From Octopus sinensis (lineage: Eukaryota), in assembly GCF_006345805.1 (NCBI RefSeq), contig NC_043000.1, positions 2,728,001 to 2,792,000 of the forward strand: DNA of 64,000 nt. Direction: 5' to 3'. Position numbers and translations under genes: made by a program. This document shows, one piece after another, positions 1 to 13,129 of this stretch. Position 1 is the first letter of the stretch, and every line of letters starts with the position of its first letter. The notes beneath the pieces were generated by a model. The model was not told the DNA's origin. It did not search any database and saw only the letters and a program-made list of their open reading frames with translations.

Positions 1-132
1 GTAGGAGAATTTTCAAATATTAATAAAGTGGAAGTGTATAAAAATAAACTTTATTTTCCATCTGACTGTTAGTTTTGTTTCATTTTGAAAAATAAAAATG
101 TATTTTTGGTTTATTGCTTTATATTTTGAATT

Positions 133-524
133 AGTGGCTGTGTGTTAAGTAGCTTGTTTACCAACCACCTGGTTCCAAGTTCAGTCCCACTGCGTGGCAC
201 CTTGGGCAAGTGTCTTCTACTATAGCCTCAGGCCGACCAAAGCCTTGTAAGTGGATTTGGTAGACGGAAACTGAAAGAAGCCCGTCGTATATATGTATAT
301 ATATATATGCATGTGTGTGTTTGTGTGTCTGTGTTTGTCCCCCTAGCATTGCTTGACAACCGATGCTGGTGTGTTTATGTCCCTGTTACTTAGCGGTTTG
401 GCAAAAGAGACTGATAGAATAAGTACTGGGCTTACAAAAGAATAAGTCCCGGGGTCGAGTTACTCGATTAAAGGCGGTGCTCCAGCATGGCCGCAGTCAA
501 ATGACTGAAACAAGTAAAAGAGTA
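133..524 (+). mobile_element. SINE family A (tRNA-like head, CORE-like TTGGGCAAGT segment, about 400 bp). Other copies, approximate: 5780-6170(-), 11020-11435(-), 15955-16272(-), 16845-17355(-), 19615-20030(-), 21740-22138(-), 24520-24915(-), 24977-25388(+), 28010-28415(+), 32855-33241(-), 37920-38515(-, split), 43110-43440(-), 54632-55035(+), 56378-56833(-), 58615-59017(-)
   Basis: Near-identical blocks AGTGGCTGTGTGGTAAGTAGCTTGC...GGTTCAGTCCCACTGCGTGGCACCTTGGGCAAGTGTC and a (GTAAAAGA)n tail recur more than 15 times. They produce the repeated MLGGQTQTHKH pseudo-ORFs. Confidence 0.9.
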
Positions 525-1432
525 TATATATATATATATATATATATATTTGAAAGTACTAAAATCTTTTAAGTGTTTAGGGCTTCCAAGGATCTTGATC
601 CAGTCCTGGACATGGCTTGCATTTCAGTAAGAGGTGATGGCTGGGCTCCATGTTGGATCTATAATAGACAGCTTGCTGCCAATTTCTTGGTAGTTTACAG
701 TAATATGAAGAATTTGATCTTTGCAACACTACTCCATTACAGTGATATTTTTGCACTTGTATTTTGTGTCATCCCCCCCATTGCTTGTGTTTTTTTTTTT
801 TCTCATTTGTCCCACTTTCTAGAGAAAACTTCACTTTCGTTTTAACCAATCAATGTCATTTTTCCTTTAAACAATTTTTAAAATGTCAAACTAGAAATCG
901 TGAATGGTGAAGATAGTTTTGCTGACATCGCAGCTTTCGACGTTTTCTTTCCAATTTTTTTCACTTCTTTTACTTAGTATTTGCATGCTACAGTTAGTAG
1001 CTTTGTCTGCTTCCAGGTTCACCGTTCCAAGAATAAGCTAAAAATTGTATTTATTTTAATTCAATTCACATTAGAAAAGTTGTACTGTTGATAACAAAGT
1101 AGAAAAGTGGCAAAAGAAGATTGGAAGTAGAGAAAAGATATATAGAAAAGAATGAAAAACCGGGTTTGCAAAAACCTGGAAATTCCAGCAGAAAGGTAAT
1201 AGAAAAGATTCCGAGAAGTTTTGACTTGACATGATCGGATGAAGTTTTAGATTGGATTAATCACTAACGATCAGTGATATTAAGGCTCCAGAAAACTGAG
1301 TCAAATGTTCGTATAAATTTTATTTATGCAAATAAAAAATTATTGATGTTACTACATGACTCCTAGGGTCTTCAGTTTCACGATCTTTCTTTAGGTTGAA
1401 GGCCTCCTTGGGAGATAACAAAAGTTGGACCG

Positions 1433-1730
<298 letters not shown>

Positions 1731-2204
1731 TGGCCGATCTAAGGGCTTACCCTGGGTTTCACGTACATAAAGCCCTTAGCTTTACAACGTTTCTTCAGAC
1801 CCTAAAACCCATTGGCCTGGGGACATGAGTTGAAGAGATTAATAACAAACATTATAAGTGGAAGGACGCAATACACATAAAAGTGTTAAATATATTTTAA
1901 ACGGGTTAACTGTAAAATTATCTTTGGAGATATATATATAAGTATATACACGCACATGTATGTATGTGTGTATACTGCAAGATATATGAGCTGGAAGGAA
2001 GGGGAGGGAGAAGAGAAAGAGAAAATATGAGAGAGAGAGAGAGAAGAAATGAGAGGGAGCAGACGAAATCATTCTTTGAATCAGTAACAACAAACAGGCT
2101 GGGTCAATGTCAGGGTTCAGATAAGATTAATTTCGCGCATCTGCAGAAAAAGTCTTGAGAGTTGTTATTCGCCCGTATCGTTCACAACTTCCAATAACAC
2201 GAAC

Positions 2205-2315
2205 ATGACTTTGTCGCACATCGTTTTTAGTGGGATATCATTAGGCACCCGGCTGGGTACCCGATCACAACTGTTGCTGCTCAACTGTAGCAAAAGATTG
2301 TATTCCAGCACTGAG
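2205..2315 (+). CDS. AMT: AMT exon 1, mitochondrial transit peptide MTLSHIVFSGISLGTRLGTRSQLLLLNCSKRLYSSTE
   Basis: ATG at 2205, 37 codons, ends GAG|GTAAAG in phase 0, matching exon 2. Ser/Leu/Arg-rich with no acidic residue until the last, and an R-L-Y-S cleavage-type motif. Not in the ORF track. The link across a 15-kb intron is inferred. Confidence 0.8.
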
Positions 2316-2425
2316 GTAAAGCGAAAAAGTTTTAACTTGTTTTATTACGATTAACCAAAAAAAAATTATTGTGTGTCTTGGTATATATACACGCTCATAT
2401 TTTACTTCCATTCATGAATATATGC

Positions 2426-2426
<1 letters not shown>

Positions 2427-2482
<56 letters not shown>

Positions 2483-2500
2483 ATACATACATACACATAT

Positions 2501-2560
<60 letters not shown>

Positions 2561-2687
2561 ATGTATGTATGTATATGTATGTATGTATATGTATGTATGT
2601 ATATGCATGTATGTATATGTATGTATGTATATGTATATGTATATGTATGTATGTATATGCATGTATGTATATATATGTATGTATATG

Positions 2688-2733
<46 letters not shown>

Positions 2734-2797
2734 TATGTATGTATATGTATATATATGTATGTATATATATATATATGTATATATATATACACACACA
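2427..2797. repeat. (TA)n/(TATG)n compound microsatellite
   Basis: Direct reading; source of the YIYI ORFs. Confidence 0.95.
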
Positions 2798-2882
2798 ATT
2801 ACAGCTCATATCAAAACATAGGCAGGTACAGACAAAGGTACATGCAGATGCGCGTACACACAACATCGAGTACATAAATATT

Positions 2883-2968
2883 GGCGGAGGTAAAGAATCC
2901 GTACGCCACCCGTTTTCGGCCTAACAAAAACCCTAACTCTGAACACCGGGTGTGCGTATTCTTTCGCC
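2883..2968. mobile_element. 86-bp palindromic mini-MITE with 8-bp TSD TAAATATT and internal CCCTAA
   Basis: Ends GGCG...AAAGAATCCGTAC..ACCCG and CGGGTGTGCGTATTCTTTCGCC. TAAATATT at 2875-2882 and 2969-2976. Confidence 0.8.
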
Positions 2969-3931
2969 TAAATATTTATAAATACGTCTTTACTCGTGTT
3001 TGGTGTTCATTATCTGTTTGCACATTACCAACGCATTCACTTATAAGCAGAAAATACACACACACAGATGTTTATTTCATCTTTCTTCTCTTTTCGTTCC
3101 ATATTTTTCTGCGTCGTTCGTTTGTTCTCTCTCTCTCTTCTCCTATACAATGTGTATCCCCTGACCTCCACCCATTATAGGATAACATTACTGAAACAAA
3201 ACCACGTGCTCGGAGTACAAAAGGAAAAGGACTCTTGTACGATCATGTAACCTGTTAGAAATAGCAGCCAAATTTCACTCAAATCGCGGTTTATCGACTT
3301 AAAAACAAGAAGGAACACGACAGATGATGTATAGTTCAGGATACATTGCCCCCCCCCCCCCCAAAAAAAAACCCTATCTAGAAAGGCACGGATGAAATCC
3401 TTTCTTTCATCGGGGTCAATTTGGGATTCAACAACACACCACGTTACACTTATGTTACAATGGCGTGTCTACGGTGTTGCTCGACATGTTAGAAATAGTA
3501 GCCAATCTTCCTTAAGCTAATACATTATCATCTTAAAAAGAAGAACAGATGAAATGGTCGTAACTAGTATATCCGTAGTATACCACACTATATACTATCT
3601 TCACTATTCGAGCTATGTCTCTACTAGTTAACTTGAGCTGAAAAAAGACAATAGACCTACTACTTTCTAAATCTAATTATCAGAATTTCAGAGGTTGTCT
3701 CCCTTCTATTTTTGACTAGAATTAATTATTTAGATTTTGATTGTTTTCATCAGTTGGGTATAATTTTAGAACTAACATTCAAATTCCTATATCTTATGGG
3801 AAAGGGGAAATGGTACGGAAATAAGGGGCGAAATGTAAAAATTAAAATATTTGGAAAAAGTTTTTTTGCCTTCATAATCGTATCTTCCGTTGTATGAAAT
3901 ATAAGAATGCTGTAAAATAAAGGAAAAAATA

Positions 3932-4348
3932 GGATCTTTTCGGTTTGACCGGCAGTTTTTTAAAAATAATTTCCACGTAACTAAACACTTTTAAACTTCG
4001 TATACTGGTAGAATGTGTTTAAAAAACATCTTTTTCTCTTGGCTTTATTGAGAAAATTCTATAGTTTGTAAGTTTTTTTTGTTGTTTTTTCTTCAATTTC
4101 TGCAATTTCAACCAATCAATGACGTGTATTGAGGTGAAAACATTCTGTGCCGTATGAATATGTCCCTCGTTTAAGAAACAGATTGGGTTTATTTACATTT
4201 GTGAAGAAAAAAAGATACCCGTCCCCCCACCCTAACCCTAACCCTAAAACAGATTGAAATGCAATAGATCGATACTAGGGTCATAATTATGGGTGACAAT
4301 TTCATATGACACCGCTAGAAAAAACTGCCATTCAAACCGAAAAGATCC
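3932..4348. mobile_element. 417-bp MITE, about 30-bp TIRs, 8-bp TSD AAAAAATA (Merlin- or MULE-like)
   Basis: GGATCTTTTCGGTTTGACCGGCAGTTTTTT versus AAAAAACTGCCATTCAAACCGAAAAGATCC (2 mismatches). TSD at 3924-3931 and 4349-4356. Internal (CCCTAA)3 near 4230. Confidence 0.88.
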
Positions 4349-4550
4349 AAAAAATATCTTTTCTTTTTTCATGAGGGCTGGCATTTCATTTCATAGTATA
4401 CTACGTAAATAACCCTTGCAGACTTTAATATTAAGTTAGCACGTTACAAGAGTCCTTGGGAATTTCTCCTAGTCATTCTCTCTAACTTCTAACGTCGCTA
4501 TTTTGTCCACAAAAATTATAATTTTCTATTCAAGTTATATCTGCAATACA

Positions 4551-4589
4551 TTTACTGATGAGGCTTCATAATGTTGAAACATGTCTGGA
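4551..4589 (+). ncRNA. Degenerate type I hammerhead ribozyme motif of the Penelope-associated kind
   Basis: TTTA-CTGATGA-GGC-TTCATAAT-GTT-GAAAC-AT-GTC-TGGA. Core boxes intact; helices I and II depend on G-U pairs. Confidence 0.55.
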
Positions 4590-4902
4590 GTTGTCACCGA
4601 CTGCTGAAGGTGAAGCTCGCTACCCACTGCATTCAATATTTAACAAGCGATCCTCGACTGAACAACATCAGGTTCACAGTAAAGCAATTTTGTTGTAGTT
4701 TCATGATGTATATCTACTATCAGTGCCATCATTTTTTTTGTTACACTTCACAAACGGCCTTGTTTATTTGCTTTCACTTTTTGTCACAAGGACTGTTTTT
4801 TTTTGGTGGTTGTGGCAGGGGCTGCAATTAAGATGCTCATTGTTGTTCATAAGCAAAATAAAAAAAAAATGAATAAAAGTAAAAGAATTCTGATAAATCG
4901 AA

Positions 4903-4943
<41 letters not shown>

Positions 4944-5244
4944 TATTTCTTTACTACCCACAAGGGACTAAACACAGAGAGGGGACAAACAAGGACAGAC
5001 AAAGGGATTAAGTCGATTACATCGACCCCAGTACGCAACTGGTACTTAATTTATCGACCCCGAAAGGATGAAAGGCAAAGAGATCAATTGTAAAAGTGAT
5101 ATTCGTCCATCTTTGAGTTCAACAAATTCCCAAAACTTCTAATATATCGAAAAAACAAAACAAAAACAAACAAAAAATGCACTAACTAAGCAAAAAAACA
5201 AAAAAAAAACAAAACAAGAATTCATGAGAAAATAAGAAAAATGA

Positions 5245-5366
5245 AGCGAAGATAAAGAATACGTACAACACCTGTTTTTGGCGTAACAAAAACCCTAACC
5301 TTAAACCCCAACCCTAACTATAACCCTAAACTCTAACCATCGGGTATGCATATTCTTTACTTCACC
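5245..5366. mobile_element. Second copy of the 2883 mini-MITE family, with an expanded degenerate (CCCTAA)n centre
   Basis: TAAAGAATACGTAC..CCTG...TAACAAAAACCCTAAC...CGGGTATGCATATTCTTTA aligns to 2883-2968. Confidence 0.7.
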
Positions 5367-5369
5367 GAA

Positions 5370-5650
5370 ATCATCATCATCATCGTTTAACGTCCGTTCT
5401 CCATGCTAGCATGGGTTGGACAGTTCGACTGGGGATCTGGGAAGCCAGAAGGCTGCACCAGGCTCCAGTCTTATCTGGCAAAGTTTCTACAGCTGGATGC
5501 CCTTCCTAACGCCAACCACTCCGTGAGTGTAGTGGGTGCTTTTTACGTGCCACCTGCACTCGTGCCAGGCGAGGCTGGCATCGGCCATGGTCGGATTGGT
5601 GCATTTTATGGAAGCCAGTCAAGGCGGCACTGGCTTCGGCTACGATTCGG
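5370..5650 (-). mobile_element. Repeat family B: (GAT)n-tailed, probably RTE-mobilised, with a variable internal array of GGTGCTTTTTACGTGCCACCGGCAC units. More than 20 copies, e.g. 12865-13125, 13925-14272, 17875-18205, 21095-21720, 25400-25585, 31595-32172, 33338-34070, 39375-39620, 40225-40640, 40735-41115, 47815-48350, 55442-55792
   Basis: Recurrent GGAGTGGTTGGCGTTAGGAAGGGCATCCAGCTGTAGAAAC...CCATGCTAGCATGGAAAACGGACGTTAAACGATGATGAT. Source of the LDALPNANHS pseudo-ORFs. The RTE link is inferred. Confidence 0.88.
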
Positions 5651-8262
5651 AATATGATACAAAATTTGAAATCCCTCTCAACAGCATCATTATTTTAGAT
5701 TATGATGGAGTCTCATAAAACAGTCAAAAAGTGAAAGCGAACAAATGGGTTACGGTAATCCCTCGACTATCGCAGATACTCTTTTACTCTTTTACTTGTT
5801 TCAGTCAGTTGACTGCGGCCATGCTGGAGCACCGCCTTTAGTCGAGCAAATCGACCCCGGGACTTATTCTTTGTAAGCCCAGTACTTATTCTATCGGTCT
5901 CTTTTGCCGAACCGCTAAGTAACGGGGACATAAACACACAAGCAATGCTAGGGGGACAAACACAGACACACAAACATATACACACATATATATATATACA
6001 TATATACGACAGGCTTCTTTCAGTTTCCGTCTACCAAATCCACTCACAAGGCATTGGTCGGCCCGGGGCTATAGCAGAAGACACTTGCCCAAGATGCCAC
6101 GCAGTGGGACTGAACCCGGAACCATGTGGTTGGTTAGCAAGCTACTTACCACACAGCCACTCCTGCGCCTATGTTACATTCCAAAAATACTGTACTGTAT
6201 ATTTTAAAATTATTTTTATAATTTGTATATATTTATTTTATTATAACTGCAAAGCAACACCACAGAGGAATCAACGAAAGCTTAAATAATAAACCGCAAT
6301 ATGACGAGGGGTTATTGCATTTGGTAAAAGTAAAACAAAAAAGAAAAAATATTCAGGTTCTCATAAAAAAATACCTATATCATGATAGCGAAACCGATGT
6401 TAACTCAATAATCACTGTTAATTTTAATTAATTAAAATTTCCAGGGGTTGCCTCCCCTACTTTTTTTTTTTTTTTTACCTGACTTTGATAATCCTAATGT
6501 TCATCAATAATATTTAGCAATCTTATAATTTTGATAGCCTAAAATATTTCAGCCGACTACATTAAGTATTCTTTGTAGTCCATGCTATTAGATATTGAAT
6601 CTAAGGAAGTTGACCTTAGGTGCAACAACAACAACAGGAAACCGCCTTCATATGTAGAGGTCAAATTCAGAAATATACAAAATAGACATCCACCTACACC
6701 AAATATCATCATCATCATCATCATTAAACAGCTGTTGTCCATGCTGGCATGGGTTGGATGGTTTGACCAGGGCTGTACAGATTCCAGTCTGATTTGGCAT
6801 GGTTTCTATGGCTGGATGCCTTTCCTAACATCAACCATTCTGAGAGTGTAATGGGTGCTTTTATGTGCCACTGGTGGCGGGTGTCAGTTGTGTGACACCA
6901 GTATCCGCCATGCCTTGAAGAAACACCTCCTGTATTGTTGCTTGTCACCTTCTCCTTGAGCCACTTCTATCTCCCTCACCTGCTCCCTAACATGCTGATA
7001 TTTACCATCAAACACTCCTTTACCTCATTTAGAGAAGGTGTGGGCTTAGACTACGCGCCTTCCATTGGTCAGTTAAAGTTTAGACAGTGTCACATGACAA
7101 CTTGCTGGGGCTGCCTGTTGGAGCCTAGCAGCAGGTATTTAAAGGGAAATTTGACAAGACAGTCAGTCGCCCGCTGACACTCGTTGGCGCTACATCGAAG
7201 AGGCCAAGGGACAGAAGAAAGAAGACATGCACTCAACATCAGAGCTGAAGACACCTCCGAAAGAAATTGGGGCTGCCACGTCAAAACGGTAGAGGAGTAG
7301 TGGCCAAAACTGGACGTGGTTCCTCCTGATGATGTCTTGAGCTAACTGGATCCTATAAAGGAGCTGTTGTGGTAGCAGACCACGAAACATGGTTGAAATT
7401 CCGTTTTTTTCATCACTCACTACATCCATCTCTAATTCAATCCCTAACCACCTGTCACTCTCCTCACACTCTTAAGAAGTTACCTATCCTTTTGGAAATT
7501 ACCCTTTTCTTCCTTCCTTATTCGCAGTCTATATCAGTGGTTCTCAACTGTTTTTGCTTATGGACCCCCCCCCCCTTTGATTCCTATTTTACTTAGATAG
7601 ACCCTCATAAAAAGGTAAAGTTATCTTCTGGGTTTCATGGCATATATATCCCCCACACCTGGACAGGACACCAGTCTGTCATAGAATTACTCATTTTTGC
7701 CAACTGAATGGACTGAAGCAATGTGAAATAAAGTGTTTTGCTCAAGAACACTACATGTTTCCCGGTCCAGGAATTGATACCACAATCGTATGATCATGAA
7801 TCCAACACCCTAACCACTAAGCCATGCACCTCCACATAGACTCTCATAGCTATTTGATGTTTAAAAAATCCTATTATAACTGTTATAATTAAATATTTGT
7901 AGGAATTGCATAAAAAATTGTTAAAGTTATATTGTGTATTATTATTATTGCCATACAGTCTGAGAGTATGGAGGGAATTTGTGCATGAGTGTGCATGCAC
8001 AGGTGCTTTGATGAACATGTGTGTATGATTGTGTCCACCTATATATATATATATATTATAATCACGAAACGATCGTAGTGGTTATTCATTTGTTAAATTT
8101 TAATTATATAAATTTTTTATGTATTGGCTTAAGTCTTTCTTTGTTTGATTTGCATAATAGTGGTTTTGTCTCTAATTTATTATAATATAATATTTTATTA
8201 TAAAATTGGATTCAATCTTAAATCTGATTTTTCCTTGTAAATTTGGATTTATTCCCTAATAT

Positions 8263-8293
<31 letters not shown>

Positions 8294-8699
8294 TATATAT
8301 AGGGGGAATTTATGAAAAAAACAACAAAAGACGAAGACAGGTGGTGTACAAAACAAACAGTTGTATTAGTATAACGCTCAGGAATAGAAAAAGTCTTTTA
8401 CGTTTCAAGCCTACGCTCTTCTACAGAAAGGGACACTGAAAATATATATATATGTATATATGTGAATGTTTGAATCTGTCGTTATATGCATGATGTAAGT
8501 GGGTATCTGCTTCTGATTGGTATAGATGTGTGCAGGTGGAAGAATGTGGGATAGCTGACACCCACTTTGCCTGACTATCTAAGAGCTGATATTATAAACC
8601 TGTCAAATAAAGTGACCACTTACATCGTTCATCTCTGATATATGGCAGTGGTTGTTCATACTGTAGTTGATATTCTTGTTACTATTATTATTGTCATTT

Positions 8700-9300
8700 A
8701 AGGTAGCAAGCTGACAGAACTGTTAGCATGCTGGAGAAAATGCTTAGTGGTATTTCATCTGCTGCTACGTTCTGAGTTCAAATTCCACCGAGGTCAACTT
8801 TGTCTTTCATCCTTTCGGGGTCGATTAAATAAGTACCAGTTATGCACTGGGGTCGATATAATCGACTTAATCCGTTTGTCCTCTCTGTGTTTAGCCCCTT
8901 GTGGGTAGTAAAGAAATAGGTATTTCGTCTGCCTTTATGTTCTGTGCTCAAATTTTGTCATGATCAGCATTGCTTTTCATCCTTTCGGGGTCGATAAAAT
9001 AAGTACCAGTTGAACACTGGGGTCGATGTAATCAACTTACCTACTCCCTGAAAATCACTGGCCTTGTGCCAAAATTTGAAGCCATTATTATTATTGTTGT
9101 TGTTAAGGTGGCAAGCTGACAGAAATGCTTTGTGGTATTTCATCTGCCTTTGTGTTCTGAGTTCAAATTCCGCCTAGGTCAATTTTACCTTTCATATTCT
9201 CAGTGTCGATAAAATAAGTACCAATTAAGTTCTGGGGTCAATGTAATCAACTTGCCTCTTCCTTCAAAAACTGCTGGTTCTGTGCCAAAATTTGAAACCA
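8700..9300 (+). mobile_element. SINE family C (GGCGGCGAGCTGGCAGAA head, Meta-domain-like GCCTTTCATCCTTTCGGGGTCGAT), three adjacent copies here. Others near 4943-5080, 12470-12672, 14485-14910, 26130-27182, 35650-36182, 36595-36820, 45025-45247, 63615-63845
   Basis: Recurrent GAGTTCAAATTCCGCCGAGGTCGACTTTGCCTTTCATCCTTTCGGGGTCGATAAATTAAGTACCAG with A/B-box-like head. The domain name is from recall. Confidence 0.85.
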
Positions 9301-10464
9301 TTACTATTATCATTGTAGCTGATGTTGTTGTCTTCTTCTTCTTAATCAGGACTCACACCATCAGCCACAAACAATAATCTCTAATTCGAGCCTACTCTAA
9401 GCAACTAAGAATGCGTGCGGTAACTTGAAGATCCACCCACCACACGCAATAGACTGGCAGTTGCACGGGTGCGAAAGCTACATTGTTATCCTCATTCCGT
9501 AAACGGTGGCTTTTAACGGGTGGAGAGCTGAACCATCCTGGGTACAGAGGATTCACAATCTAGACTAGGGTCTGAAAGTTTGCCACACCATAGTGGGTTC
9601 CTCTGCTTTGTGGCAGAAGTAGGAAGAGTGAGAGAAAGTTGTGGTGAAAGAGTACAGTGGGGTTCACCCCCACCAGCCGGAGTCTCATGGAGCTTAGGTG
9701 TTTTTGCTCAATGAACACTCACAATGCCCAGTCTGGGAATCGAAACCGCATTCTTACGACCACGAGTCTGCTGCCTTAACCACTGGGCCATTGTACATGG
9801 CCTGCCTGGCTCTCACAAAGCATTCATCTTCAACAAATTTTCTTAGGACAAGAAGTTCACTTCACAATTACAAGGCTATGGGTTCAATTCCCTGCATGGC
9901 ATCTTTGGCAAGTGTCATTTGTCATAGCTTGAGGTCAATCCAATTCTTGTGAAGGAACTTAGGTAGATGGAAACTGTGGAAGCCCATCAGATGGATTATA
10001 ATCCTAATATAAAAGGTTAGCCTTGTTCCATATCATAAGACAGTGATTCTGCTTGAAGATTACATTCAGAGTATATGTACCTATGGAATACTCAACCACT
10101 TACAGAGCAATTCAATGAGTATGTTGTTCAGTTGATTGAACAATTGGAATATTCAGAGTTGAAACTGATGGAGGTCCATTTGGCTGTGTGGTTAAGAAGT
10201 TCACCTTCCAACCATGTGGTTTGGGGCTTAGTCCAGCTGCATGGTACCTTGGACGAGTGTCTGGCCCAAGCCTTGTAAGTGGATTTGGTAGACAGAAACA
10301 GAAAGACACCCATTGTATATGCTCTTTCTGCCACCAACCTTCACCTGTTTCTAAGCAAACTGATATTTCCTTATGTCGTTTACAGGTAATTAGAAACAAA
10401 TGACCCTTGATTACAACCATCAAAAGATGTCAAGACAAGAACACACACACACATGCACGACGCA

Positions 10465-10500
<36 letters not shown>

Positions 10501-11218
10501 AGGCTTCTTTCAAGTTCCATTCAGCAAATCCACTCTCAAGGCTTTGGTAGGCCCAGAGCTATAGTAGAAGACACTCGCCCAAGGTGCCATGCAGTGGGAT
10601 TGAAACTGAAACCACATGGTTAGGAAAGACTTTTAAAAAGCTGGTGTACTGTAACACTTTTAACGTCTAATTTGGTGTATTGTGGATTGAAAAGTATTAA
10701 ATGTTGCTAAAATAGGTTAAAGAATGATAAGTGTGGAGTGAAAATATAAAAGGACAGATAACATCTAACTCCATTAACTTTTCTTTATCTTATCAGTTTT
10801 AGCATAAAACAATTTAAAATTCTCCTTGAGAAGTAGACAGTTGCCTATCTAGGTCTTCATTATAGTATTTGACACCAAGAGGAAGGTTTGTCAACTAGCA
10901 TTACCATCATTCACCTCAGAGAGGAGTTAGTGAAGTGGACTCTGTACCAGTGGTTCTCAACTGGGGTCCTTATAATACAAGGTGGTATCGAAAAGTCCCT
11001 GGTCTCTCTCTCTCTCTCTTTTTACTTCTTTCAGTCATTTGACTGCAGCCATGCTGGAGCACCACCTTTAGTCGAGCAAATCGACTCCGGAACTTATTCT
11101 TTGTAAGCCCAGTACTTATTCTATCGGTCTCTTTTGCCGAACCGCTAAGTGACGGGGGACATAAACACACCAGCATCGGTTGTCAAGCAATGCTAGGGGA
11201 ACAAACACAGACACACAA

Positions 11219-11261
<43 letters not shown>

Positions 11262-11479
11262 TATTATATGACAGGTTTCTTTCAGTTTCCGTCTACCAAA
11301 TTCACTCACAAGGCATTGGTCGGTCCGGGGCTATAGCAGAAGACACTTGCCCAAGATGCCACGCAGTGGGACTGAACCCGGAACCATATGTGGTTGGTTA
11401 GCAAGCTACTTACCACACAGCCACTCCTGTGCCTAGTTATGTTTAATAAAAAAGAACTTATTTATCTGAGTTTTGTAAC

Positions 11480-11780
11480 ATCATCTCCCTCAAAATAGTC
11501 ACCCTGCACCGCAATACACTGGTTTCGGAGTTCCTACCACTTTCGGAATCCGGCCTGGAAGTTGTATTCCATGAGTTGAGGACCTTCCGCGATTTGCTCT
11601 AGATCTTGACAACTGTGTTAATAAAGGCAACCTTTGAGCTGCGTTTTCATCTTGGAGAAGAAATGGAAGTTCACAGGTGCTAAATCTGGTGAATAAAGTG
11701 GAATGGAAGCAATACCATGTTTTTGGTGAGAAACTCATGAATGAAATCAATGTAGTCTGAACAGGTGCACTGTGTGCACA
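11480..11780 (-). pseudogene. Mariner (Tc1/mariner) transposase C-terminal fragment, frameshifted
   Basis: Minus strand reads PLYSPDLAPVNFHFFSKMKTQLKG...FQAGFRKW*ELRNQCIAVQGDYFEGD, matching the mariner YSPDLAP and GDYFE motifs. Confidence 0.88.
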
Positions 11781-13129
11781 TCATGTGTCAAAGAGGTTGC
11801 AGAGTAATGTGAGATGAAGTATTTTGCACCACCCAGTCTAGGAATTGAAATCACGATTGCTAGATTGTGAGTGCAACACCCTAACAACTAGGCCATGCGC
11901 TGTAATATATATACATATATATATTCTGAAACAATGATGAGCTGAATGCCTTTACTTATTGGACTGCTTGGTTAGAGGTAAACTACCTAGGGTTAAACAA
12001 CAACAGCAATCATTCCCTTCAGAATATATATCTAATCACCAAAATGTTAGGTGCTGCAGGCACATTTATGTTTCAATGTGAGAGTACCTTATTTTATTAT
12101 GGTACCTATTTTATTTATTTTATCCAACCATAATGAAATGAGGTAGCCTTTATATGGTCACTTGTCTTGATTAAAAATAGGTGAATCTCTTTGAAATCAC
12201 ATCCTATTATCTCGAAAAGGAGAAACATTAAATGACGTTGCCCTAAATAGCTTTAAGAATACGGGCTGGTTATGGTTGAAAAATATTTATTCACAGATCT
12301 GCTTAATTAGGGTTAACTTCAGGCTAAACAATAGCAATGCTGCCTTGGTGTTTCAATTAATTTTGAAAATAATTAATAAATTAGTTGCTTTTAGAAAAAC
12401 ATATTTTACATCAATTGGCCGGTGTTTGGAACATGAACTTTACAAGCGGAAGTAGTTGCAGGTATATTCTTTTCTACTCAAGGCACAAGGTCCAAAACTT
12501 TTTGGGAGGGGGCCAGTTGATTAGATCAACCCCAGTATGCAACTGGTACTTCATTTATCAACCCCGAAGGGATGAAAGGCAAAGTTGACCTTGGTGGAAT
12601 TTGAACTCAGAACGTAAAGACAGATAAAATACTGCTAAGCATTTTGCCCGGCTTACTAATGTTTCTGCCAGTTAGCAGAAGGAATATTAGTATAAAAAAA
12701 AGGTTAAGTGTTCTGGTATCTCAGAAAGTACTTATGCCAGTAGCTTATAAACTTTTTATCTGTGGTTCTAAATAAAATAAAATATTGTTATATTTGTTTT
12801 TGTTTTGTTTCGAAATATTTCTTTCTCTTAAGATGTGTATTAAGGAGTTGGGGGAAATTTCATAAGGTGGCACGTCCATGCCGGTGGCACATAAAAAGCA
12901 CCAACTGATAGTGGCCATTGCCAGCCTCGCCTGGCACCTGTGCTGGTGGCATGTAAAAAGCACCCACTACACTCACGGAGTGGTTGGCATTAGGAAGGGC
13001 ATCCAGCTGTAGAAATACTGCCAGATCAGACTGGAGCCTGGTGCAGCTTCCTGGCTTCCCAGACCCCAGTTGAATCGTCCAACTCATGCTAGCATGGAAA
13101 ACGGACGTTAAACGATGATGATGATGTCC

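Noticed and set aside
573-845. Possible terminal exon of an upstream gene (tttag|GGCTTCC...)
   Set aside because: No recognisable protein motif in any frame; cannot be supported without the upstream sequence.
2369-2924. Long ORFs of YIYI/MYVC type (also 30868-31375, 38705-39212, 52280-53044)
   Set aside because: Translations of (TA)n, (TATG)n and (CA)n microsatellites, not proteins.
4230-5340. CCCTAA tracts as interstitial telomere or chromosome fusion scars
   Set aside because: They are short, degenerate and lie inside TIR-bounded MITEs.
7240-7395. CTGAAGA..GAAA and CTGATGA..GAAAC hammerhead-like boxes
   Set aside because: The flanking helices do not close convincingly; at most a decayed retroelement terminus.
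11499-11750. 83-aa minus-strand ORF as a nested gene
   Set aside because: Off-frame reading of a mariner transposase pseudogene.
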